NCBI RefSeq assembly: GCF_009914755.1
Contig: NC_060929.1
DNA from: the human T2T-CHM13v2.0 reference genome, Homo sapiens
Direction: 5' to 3' (one strand)
Length of the DNA stretch: 64,000 nt
In this document: positions 25,652 through 36,120 of the stretch, piece by piece
Numbering within the stretch: position 1 is the first letter of the stretch
Layout of the letters: every line of letters begins with the position of its first letter
The notes under the pieces: generated by a model
Told to the model about the DNA's origin: nothing
The model's input: the letters and a program-made list of their open reading frames with translations, nothing else
The model's database searches: none
Translations under genes and position numbers: made by a program

Positions 25652-27234
25652 GGCAGGCAGTAAGCAAGCATTTATTGAACCAAACTAAACTGACCTAGTA
25701 GACCCCTTATTCTATAATTGAGTAAACTCAAACTTAGAAAAGCTTAGGGACTTGCATAAAGTCAACAGTTGGTTAGAAACAGAGCTAGGACACAAACCAA
25801 GCTTTCCCCACTACTAATCCAGTTTTTTATGAAGATAGGAAGTTAATACAGAAATGAATATGATCCCTACAGACTCTCCTAAATATGCATAAGCACCCTT
25901 TTCTCTCTTTAAAATATGCATCAATAATTAAACTTAATAGAACTAGAATGTAGAGCTCAGGTCATTAAAGTTGACAGATGGCAATTACATACCCACTGAC
26001 CAGCTGAGTTTATCCTCCAGGCCTTCCCATTACTGAATGCCCCCACCTCAATTTCTGACAGACTCAGAGGCTGTATTGTTAAGTTTTCAAAACCAGGAAA
26101 TGTTTTCTAAATCATAAAAGCTACCGCTGAGAATGACTAAGTAACATTAATAAACAATATCCCTATATTTTCCCACGTTTCACCTCTCTGGCACTAAATC
26201 AATTCTAGTCCCAGCTGGTGGCCAGAAATTTCCATTGCCTCTGGGGAAAAGCAAGGAACTAGGTTAAAACCTGGTTTGACAGCCTAAAGCCAGTTCATGT
26301 CCTCACATACCCCTAAGTAGATCCTATCTTTTGCAGCCCCTAGTAAGTGTCTCAAAATAATAATAAAGAGCAAATAGAAACACGAGTGAAATTGGCTCCT
26401 GGAAAAAGAAACGTGATCCCTACATTCAGCGAAGAAAAAGTGTGATTTCAGTATTAGTGAAACAAAGTTGAGCAATAATCAGATAACCTCCTGGTTTTGC
26501 ATGCTTACAGAAATGAGGAAATGGTTGAGTGGCAGCCAGAGTCTTCCGTTGGTAAAATATATAAAACATTTAGACTGCTCTGCAATTTCTCCCAGGAAGG
26601 TGATTATTTTATTCATTATATCCTCCTTAGAATTGGTTCCCATTCCTTCTTCCAAATTACATCTCTCCGGTTTTTTGTTTTATTTTGGTTCCATGCTTTT
26701 GTTGTTTGGCTTACTATTTATAGAGTGCCTACTATGTGCCAGGTATTGTCAGGAGTTGAAGATGCAGAATCAATGAAACAAAGAGGCCTGCAGCCTACCA
26801 AAGAAGAAAGCCACTTGGAAAGAAGAGTGTGCACCCAAGTGATATTAGAAAGTTGGTCCATCAGAAGCACCTCCAGGGCCACCTGAGGTATAAGGGAAGG
26901 AGCAATCCAACTATAAAGTGTCTCTCCCTATCCCTAATCTCTAAAGTGAGATTAATGACTTCACTTGGAAAGGGGCAGATTTAAGTGGCCGTCCTATGCA
27001 TGGGTTATTCTGTCCACAAGTGATACCAAGCATCTTATTTAGTACTGAGGATTCAATGGTGAACATGAGAGACTGCTAATCAAGTTATTACAGTTGCTTG
27101 ATTATTAATTGAAAAACACACAACAGAAGCACGGGGCCTAATCAAGGGAGGCGGAGTCAGAGGGTTTCAGGCAATGGCTTCTGGAAAGACCTGAGCAATG
27201 GAGCAGACAGGAAGACAGGAAAGAAGGGAGAGAG

Positions 27235-28304
27235 TGTTGCAGGAAGTCAAGGACCCCAAACGGAGGGACCGACTGAAGCCATGACAGAAGAACGTGGATT
27301 ATGAAGATTTTATGGACACTTATTAGTTCCCCAAATTAATACTTTTGTAATTTCTTATGCCTGTCTTTACTGCAATCTCTAAACATAAATTGTAAAGATT
27401 TCATGGACACTTATCACTTCCCCAATCAATATCCTTGTGATTTCCTATGCCTGTCTTTGCTTTAATCTCTTAATCCTGTCAGCCGAGAAGGATGTATATC
27501 GTCTCAGGACCCTGTAATAATTGCGTTAACTACACAAATTGTACAGCATGTGTGTTTGAGCAATATGAAATGTGGGCACCTTGAAAAAAGAACAGGATAA
27601 GAGCAATTGTTCAGGGAATAAGAGAGATAACCTTAAACTCTGACCGCCAGTGAGCCGGGCGGAACAGAGCCATATTTCTCTTCTTTCAAAAGCAAATGGG
27701 AGAAATATCGATGAATTCCTTTTCTCAGCATGGAACGTCCCTGAGAAAGAGAATGCGCACCTAGGAGTAGGTCTCTGAACTGGCCCCACCGGGGCGTACC
27801 TGTCTCTTATGGTCGAGATTGCAGAGGTGAAATAAACTCCAGTCTCCCATAGTGCTCCCAGGCTTATTAGGAAGAGGAAATTCCCACCTAATAAATTTTG
27901 GTCAGACCGGTTGATCTCAAAACCCTGTCTCCTGATAAGATGTTATCAATGACAGTGGTGCCCAAAACTTCATTAGCAATTTTAATTTCGCTTCGGTCCT
28001 GTGGTCCTGTGATCTCGCCCTGCCTCCACTTGCCTTGTGATATTCTATTACCCTGTTAAGTACTTGATGTCTGTCACCCACACCTATTCGTATACTCCCT
28101 CCCCTTTTGAAACTCCCTAATAAAAACTTGCTGGTTTTTGTGGCTTGTGGGGCATCACGGATCCTACCAATGTGTGATGTCTCCCCTGGACGCTCAGCTT
28201 TAAAATTTCTCTCTTTTGTACTCTGTCCTTTTATTTCTCAAGCCAGTCGACACTTAGGAAAATAGAAAAGAACCTACGTGATTATCGGGGCAGGTCCCCT
28301 GATA
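27235..28304 (+). mobile_element. Solo MER11 LTR (HERV-K11/HML-8), ~1070 bp
   Basis: TGTTGCAGGAAGTCAAGGACCCC...GCAGGTCCCCTGATA with a 6-bp TSD AGAGAG, typical of ERVK. Confidence 0.9.
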
Positions 28305-29621
28305 AGAGAGGTGAACACAAGCACCTGAAAGTCCAGTCTGGCTGAGGGCAGTGTTAGGAGGACAGCTAGGGTGGAGGCTGAGGGGTGTGTGAGGGGTCAC
28401 GGGGCAAACGTCAGAGAACAAACCCCACCTTGTCCTTCTGAAAGGCCTTCTCTGGCCACTCTGTTTAAAGTGCCCTCACACACAGACATGCAAATGCACA
28501 CAGGTCGATGGCTGGCTACTCCTTTCAAGGCCCTTATCATAATCTCTAATTACCTTCTTTATTTGCTTTCTTATTATCCAGCCCCAAGACCACACCACCC
28601 CAAATAAAATGTAAGATTCTGAGGTCAGAAGCTTTTGTTAGTCTTGATCACTGCCTAATTTTCAGTGCCTAGAACAAGTGCCTGGCAAACAGTACTCACT
28701 AAATAAATGCTGGTCTTGGAAAGCAAGTTAAAGAATTCAGACTCCATCCGCAAAGAGGGCTAGATAGGGAGCAAATAGGGACATTCATGATCAGATTGCA
28801 GTTTAGGAGATGACTGGCTGAAACGCAGACTCTCAGCAAGTAGCTGGGTCTAGGGAAAGGGAGGAGAAAGGGTGTGTTCAAGAAATATTTAGATAGGATT
28901 GTCAGGGTAGGGAGAAGGGAGAGGACAAAGGGGCAATCCAGATCAATTTCTAGGTTTCAGGCTTAGTATCTACTTACTGAGACAGGGAACCTGGGAGGAG
29001 AAGCTTTGGTTTCATTTTGTGTTGTTTTGTTGATGTATATGTGACAAGAAATTCTCACTGAACTTTTGGGGAGCAAGCAAATGACTCACCAACTGGATCC
29101 CCTTGGACAGGGAGGGCCTTATGAACTATGTTAAGGAGGTTGAACCTTATTCTGAAAACAATAGGCAAGCATCAAATGATTTTCATTTGAAGAGAGACAG
29201 ATCTGTTTGGGGTTTTAGAAAGATCAATCAGTCTCATAGCTATGTGAGTTCAAAACTAGCGCAGGATGGAAACTGATTAGGAAAGTATTTCAAAAAAGAT
29301 TTTAGATCACCTTTCACTGAAAATTAGAATTACCTTTTTGTATCATATTTTCGCTAATTTTATAATTGTGCCTCTTTGTGTATTGCTATTCTTCCAAATA
29401 TATTCTGCAGATATCATAATTATAACTTATTTTTAAAATTTAAAAAAATAAAAACTTCTGTGATAAATTATTTGCATTACACAAAGTCCTAAGATGAGGT
29501 CTTAAGAGGAGGTCTTGCATTAATAAAGCAGCTCTTACTTCTGTTGTGTCATCTGAGATTAGTGACTTCACTTGGAAAGGAACACCACACTTTGCATTAC
29601 AAATCTATCCTTAAGAATCTC

Positions 29622-29774
29622 AGCTGGACTAGGTGGCTCAAGCCTGTAATCCCAGCACTTTGGGAGGCCGAGGCAGGCAGATCACCTGCGGTCAGGAGTT
29701 CAAGACCAGCCTGGCCAACATGGCAAAACCCCATCTCTACCAAAAATATAAAAAATTAGCAGGGCATGGTGGTG
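29622..29774 (+). mobile_element. Alu left monomer plus linker, fused to the TSTD3 retrocopy
   Basis: GGTGGCTCAAGCCTGTAATCCCAGC...AAAAATTAGCAGGGCATGGTGGTG, then an abrupt switch to TSTD3 sequence. Confidence 0.9.
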
Positions 29775-31392
29775 TCCTGGCTGCTGCTTGGGACCATGTG
29801 GAGGGCTGTCCTCTGGACTCTGGAAGCTGCACTCTGCAGTTTGAGGTCAATAAACGGAAACTGCCACAATTTTTATACTGCTATTTCTAAAGATGTCACT
29901 TATAAGGAACTTAAAAAAACCTATTGAATTCTAAAAATATCATATTAATTGATGTTAGAAAGACACGGGAAATTCTGGAGTATGGAAAAATCCCTGGGTC
30001 TATCAATATACCATTGGATGAGGTAGGTGAAGCTCTACAGATAAACCCAAGAGACTTCAAAGAGAAATACAATGAAGTAAAGCCATCCAAATCTGGCAAC
30101 TTGGTGTTTTCTCTTTCAGCTGGAGTGAGAAGCAAGAAGGCTCTGGGCACTGCAATATCGCAGGGCTTTCACAGTGCTCAACACTATGCTGGAGGATGGA
30201 AAGAGTGGGTAACCTATGAATTTTCAGAGAAGAGACAAGGAATTTGAATTTTTGGAATACAAGTTGCCTCTTTCCTTGCGTACATGCAGCCTAGGATAGT
30301 GGAATGAGCAAAATAATAAAAATCTAGTTCTGGCACCACCGATTATGGAAAGGGGATTTTTGTATAAGTCAGCTAGTTGTTGAATCATATTCTCATCTGT
30401 AAACTGAAAATGCCACTCTCCCCTGAGATGATGCATGTTACTCACCATGGAAATATAAGGGTTGGGATTTTAGGAATTAATTTTAAAGTAGCTTAGTATC
30501 ATTCAATAGTATTCTGAAAGACCAGGTTACTTACATTACCTAATCATGTATGACATTGTGTTAGTATACCTTCTATTCATCAAAGAGATTATGAGCTAGA
30601 CCTGCAGATTAACACGCAAATGTGACCTTAAAAAAATCAATTAATCTGGGATCCAGAGAAGTAGGTGAAATTTGAACGATGAAAATACATTAACAGCTTC
30701 TAATGACTTATAGCAGTGTTATGACTAGCATGGTAGTGATGAAATTTGTAATATAAAAAATTAAAATTAATATGATAATATGGGGATAGATAATCAGGAC
30801 AGTGGTTGCTTTTCTAGAGGGAAGAAGATTAACTGGAAAAGGCAAGGAGGAGCCAGGCACGGTGGCTCAGGCCCGTAATCCCAGCACTTTGGGATGCCGA
30901 GGCAGGTGGATCGCTTGAGCTCAGGAGTTCGAGACCCGCCTGTGCGTGGTAAAATCCAGTCTGTACAAAAAAAAAAAATACGAAAAATTAACCAGCCATG
31001 GTGGCACGTGTCTGTAGTCCCAGCTACTTGGGGGGATGAGGTGGGAGGATCACTTGAGCACTGGAAGATCACTTGAGGCCAGGAGGTCAAGGGAGCAGTG
31101 AGCCAAGATCACACTACTGCACTCCAGCCTGGGTGACAGAGTGAGACGCTGTCTCAGAACAACAACAACAAATTGGAAAAAAAAAAAAAAGGCAAGGAGA
31201 GAACTTTCTAGGGTGATGGAAATGTTCTGTATCTTGACTGAGGTATGGATACATTGGTATATACATTTAAATGTAAATGACTCCCACTAGCATGGGTATA
31301 TTCCTTTGGAATGTTAAGTCCTATACTTGTTAGTGTGCTAATGCACTGGTGGCAAAATAAACCTGTTTTCTCTTGTCAAAAAAAAAGAAAGA
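29766..31392 (+). pseudogene. Processed pseudogene of TSTD3 (rhodanese-like domain)
   Basis: Intronless MVVSWLLLG...GNCHNFYTAISKDVTYKELK(+1 frameshift in A-run near 29915)NLLNSKNIILIDVRKTREILEYGKIPGSINIPL...AQHYAGGWKEW. AATAAA 31356-31361, poly(A) from 31378. Confidence 0.88.
30851..31190 (+). mobile_element. Alu within the TSTD3 retrocopy 3'UTR
   Basis: Full dimer with TSD AAAAGGCAAGGAG and an internal duplication of GATCACTTGAG. Confidence 0.9.
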
Positions 31393-32315
31393 AAGAACTT
31401 AGCACAAACATCAAACATGCCCTGGGAAGCTCAATCTCCTTTATTCACTGAAAGCAAACCCCAACAGGGAAAATTCTGAAAGTCTCTGCCACAAAACTCA
31501 GGGCTACTAAAATACTTGCTCCATGGCTATAGGGCAGACAGTTGACCAGATATTCAGAAGACTGGAGTGAGGGGGAAGCTCTGGTGCCACATCCCTCTGC
31601 TGGCACTTTTGGAGGAGAGCAGAGGAGAGAGTGCTAGGCCCAGGCCCACAGTGAAAATGCAAATCTTGGGTTTCCAAGTACAGCCAAAGCAATCTATAGC
31701 CCTGGACTTCCTGCTTTGCAGAACACAACCCACCAGTCTCTCATCTATTCATTCATTCTCCAAATATTAGCTTTCCTGCAACTGTTTTGTACTGGGACCT
31801 GAAGTTACAAAAAGAAAAACAGCAGGTACCCTGCCCTTACTTCCTCTCAACAGGGCATTCCCCAGGACCCCATGTCCACTGTGCAAGGCCATGTAGATTG
31901 TGACCAGCATAATTCCAGGAGAAGCTGTTCCTGGAGTCTCTGATGTAAGTAGCATCCCCTGGAATTGTGCAGTGAGGCAGTCCTGGTGCCCAGTCTACCC
32001 CGGTTGAGCTGACAACTCTCTCTTAGGTGTCACAGAACCTGTGTCCTATCCTGTATGCCCCTTGTGTGGCAATTATGTGTTCCTGTATTCGTTGCCCAAC
32101 TAGTGTGGGAGTTTGCCAGGCCCCAGCCACAGGCATGGGAGTCAGTGCTGTAGCCAGGCTCACTCCCCACAGGGACAGAACCTTCTCTAAAGCCCCCAGC
32201 CTAACATTGGTAGCTCTTCCAGCCCCTCATTCCTCTCTGATGGCACTGCCATCTCATGCCCCCATAAGATTATATGGCCATTGAATTATCTCTTTTACTA
32301 AGACAAAAACTCCCT

Positions 32316-32792
32316 GTATAAGTTTCCTGTTGCTACTATAACAAATTGCCACAAATTGAGTGGCTTACACTAACACAAATTTATTATCTTATAAGTTCTG
32401 GAGGTCAGAATCTGAAAGCGGTCCCATTGAGCTAAAATCGAGGTGTCTGAAGGGCTGCCTTCCTTCTAGAGGCTCTAGGGGAGAATCTATTTTCTTCATT
32501 TTCCAGCTGCTAGAGGCCACCTGCTTTCCTTGGCGTGTGGCCCCAGCCAGCAATCACACCTCTTCAACCTCAGCTTCCCATCTCCTCCTCCAACTCTCAC
32601 TCTCCTATTTCCCTCTTACAAGACCCTTCTGATATTCAGGGCCCATTCAGATAACCCAGGATCCTCTCTTCATTTCAAAATCCTAAATATAATCATATCT
32701 ACAAAGTCCCTTTTCCCATATAAAGCAATATATTCACACATTCAGAGATTAGGACATGAACATCTCTGGGGGCCTGGTTTTCTGCCTACCAC
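32316..32792 (-). mobile_element. MLT1-family MaLR LTR
   Basis: TGTATAAGTTTCCTGTTGCTACTATAACAAATTGCCACAAA...CTGCCTACCACA. Confidence 0.8.
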
Positions 32793-35189
32793 ACTCCCCA
32801 GGGGCATTCTATCCTTCAGTCACTTGTACTTAATGAGCATCTATTATTTGTAGGTTAATGGACTATGTGCTGGGAATACAGAGGTCAATAAGGCAGTAGC
32901 TAAGGGCCTCCGGAGCAAAGGCCGAGAGGGCTTTATGGTGATTTGTATGTCCTGTACAGCCCTATTTAAAAAGAAAAAAGTTAAAACCAGGAGATTTTAA
33001 AGAAAAACCTGGACTTTTTGGCTTCTCTAGAAAAGCCAGATGGTCAGGGCACCCTGGGACTCATTAGTTCCCACAACATAGCAACCATGTATGGGGTGTG
33101 GATGCTTCAACCACAGGGTACCCACCACTCTGCGTCACCTCCTGCCACACTAAGTGGCTGCTTGGCTCACTATGACTCACTGGCTCCTGAAAACATTAGG
33201 GTTTGGGCACCACAGCTTTGGAGAAGAAATGGTAAAGTGGGATGCCAAGTTATTTACTTTGGAACCAAAAGAAAATGTTAGGACTTCTGGGGTTGTTGTA
33301 TCTAAAAACCAGTAAGAACTGAAGATTTTTTTCATTTGAAATTTACAGACTGATTGACATCCTGTCTCAACTGGCATGAGACGGCCTCACCTGCTGAGTG
33401 TGAGTTTCATCTGCTCAGTACACAAGTCTCCTAAGGGATGGGTGGGGCTTCTACAATGTAGAAAGTGACTGTGATGCCCTCTCTCTCTCCCCACATTCAG
33501 TACACACCACCGGCAGGTTTGCCTGGATAACTGGGTCTACTAATTGCATTATCTCACTGTAACTAAACAAGTCCTGACAAATATGATCAGGAGCTTACAA
33601 AATTCCTCCAAACAAACCACAGGCTAAAGCTATATACAAATAATGTAAGGACCAGTAACGCAGAGGAACAAGCGATGCTGGTGATTCTCTTCCTGGACAA
33701 GTTCTCCACCAGCCTTGTTACAAGGTAAGGCAGTAATACGCTAAGGAGATCTGACAAGAAGGTAGTCAAACAATGAGAAATTATTGAACCATTGAACCAT
33801 TGAACCATTGATTGAGTCTAGTGCTGAGTGGTCTAGTTTTGGTAGCACTAATAGATGATTTACAAATAAAGATATTTCTATCTAGACAGTATTTTGTCAC
33901 TAGACAAAGGTGGTTTCCCACCGTGATGAAACTTGCCAAGCCCAGGACACGTCACCCTTTGTTCTTCAAGGACTGAGAGCAGAACCGACCTAAAGGCAAT
34001 AGCCTGAATCACCCAAGGAGCTAAGGAAGAAACTTAAATTCATATAATGCATCTGGCTACTCAAGAAAATATTCTTCCAAGTATGCCAAAGTAGATTTGA
34101 ATAAGACTTTGGTATTCAATATTTGTCATGCCATCGGCACCATGGATGAAGAACAGCATATATGCTAAAATATATGCTATGGAATTCTTTATTCAATAAA
34201 TCTCCATTACCCACATTCTCTCCCCTAAATGGATTTCTAATCCACTGGCACTTACCCAAGGTAATTGCACAGATGGGGAGGAAAGGAGGGTAATGAGTAG
34301 GAAAGGATGGAAATGAGTATTTAATGAGTGGTTCTCAGGCTGCTAGGCAGTCTTACATAGTATTTTATTTAAGCCTCTCTGAAGAAGCTATCATCATCTC
34401 CATTTTACATAGATAAAAATCAAGACTCAGAGAAGTAACTTCCCCAAATTCTAAGAATATAGGACAGCACCCTGATTGAAGCCACATCCATCTGACTGCA
34501 ATGCTTCCTATCACCCTACACTGACCACTTGGATCACTGGATCCTTGCCCATCACCACCCAATCTGTCCCCGCGTGGCACTCACTGCACTCTCAGATCTC
34601 CCTGGCCTGCAACTCACATCTTCCCCCTCAAAGCCACAGTCACAGTAGCCCTAGGCCTCCAGTTCCCTGTGCTATCCACTCTGGGAACCAGGCAGGAATG
34701 GGCGGGGAAGCGGTACAGGAAAATCCAGGACGGAAGGAGCAGAGCTGAGAACAGAGCCCGGCCTCCCCACTGCCACAAGGGGAAGGTGAGGCATCCTCTA
34801 CTCCAGGGGTGGGTCATCGCTGGAAGGTGCTGCAAAGCTCCTATGAAATCAGCAAGAGTGTAGGCAGCAAGGACACTATTTGTCTACGCCTAAAATGCAG
34901 TGAATAAGACTTTAGAATTTGATCCAAGTACTACAGCGATACAAGGCCTTTGATTTAGAATGTGTTCTCTTAAAAAGTCTCCAAGGGAGTCTGTTGCTGA
35001 ACCGAATTCAATTTTAAAACGCCGTGAAGGGAGGGAAGAACCAAGTACAGGGCTCAATCACGTAAAAAGTCTAAAGAATTATGTCATTAGCAATCTTTAA
35101 CCTCTGAAAAGCGCCACAGAAATGTAGAGCACGTCTTCCTAATGGAACCGAGAAATTTTATGCTGACAGGTGGAGGGGCTTATGGGACA

Positions 35190-36120
35190 GCGGGCCGGTG
35201 GCCAAAGAAGATTCCAGCGGTAAGTTTATGGTAACCCGAGCCCTGCGGGTCACGTGCGGCAGAGTAACTCGCCGGGGGCGGGGTGAGGAGCAGTGCTAAG
35301 AAGGATCAGGAGGGAAGACAGCAGGAATCATTCATTCTGCTCGTAGGAATACAGTCAGGAGGCCGACTTTAAAACTCCGATCCTCCGGGAAGGCCACGCG
35401 GAGGTGAGGAACAGGTCCTGCCCTGGAGGCGCCAGCCGCACCGACCGGGAGATGGAAGTTTTTCGCGGCGGCGCCCCAGCCACTTCGCAGGGCCGAGCGG
35501 TCTCCTCCACCGGCCGCCCGGCTCAGGAATGCCCTGCCTGCGAGTCAAAGTCGGGGTCGCGGCGGGGCGAACCTGGCCCAGCATTGCCTGGGGCCCTCAG
35601 GAGCGCCGAGGGGGTCTCCCTGCCAGCGCCCTCCTCCCCGCTCGCCCACCCTCTCCAAGCGGGCTCCGCGCGGCCGGGGATGGGACGAGGAGGGGAAGTT
35701 TGGGGCGCGTACCTCCTAGCGCCCCGCAGAACCCCAGGCAGGCAGCCAGTAGGACGAGGCGGCGGGCCCCGAACCGCCCCATCCCGCCGCGGCGGCCCCG
35801 CGTCCCGCGCTCACTCCCCAGCGGCGGCCGAGCTACCTGCGCCGCCGCGACCCGGAGCCCGGCAAGGGGGCGCCGCCCCCCAACATCTCGGGGGCAGGGC
35901 CGGGGCGGGGAGAGCCATTTGCATCCTGAAGCTGTTGCGCCCCTTCAGCGCAAGGAGCGGGCTGGGCCTTTACCCCGATCCTTACCCCCCGCCCTCCGCT
36001 GGTAGCATCAAACTGGCCTGGTGGCACCTAAGTAAGGGGGCAGAGAGTAAACGGCCCCTGCCCCACCCGGCCGAAATCTGCGATGGAGGGAAGTGTGCAT
36101 GTCCGAGCAGGTGATTGTGA
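35190..36120. promoter_or_regulatory. CpG island / promoter of CSPG4B
   Basis: High GC and CpG density around exon 1. GC-box GGGGCGGGG near 35902-35910, octamer ATTTGCAT 35917-35924, E-box gtCACGTG 35249-35256. Confidence 0.85.
35713..35782 (-). pseudogene. CSPG4BP: CSPG4B exon 1 coding part (signal peptide MGRFGARRLVLLAACLGFCGALG)
   Basis: ATG in strong Kozak context (gcggcgggATGG), basic n-region and hydrophobic h-region, then donor GAG|gtacgc. The phase-1 end joins exon 2 as G|CA (Ala). Confidence 0.85.

Noticed and set aside
26284-26475. ORF containing LLGAAKD as candidate CSPG4B exon 2
   Set aside because: Chance resemblance. The exon at 24034-24197 fits in sequence, length and phase.
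33783-33810. (ATTGAACC)x3 micro-repeat
   Set aside because: Simple slippage repeat with no supporting context.
35404-36114. 236-aa and 158-aa + strand ORFs over the CpG island
   Set aside because: Low-complexity G/P/R/A products expected from stop-poor GC-rich DNA, with no recognisable domain.
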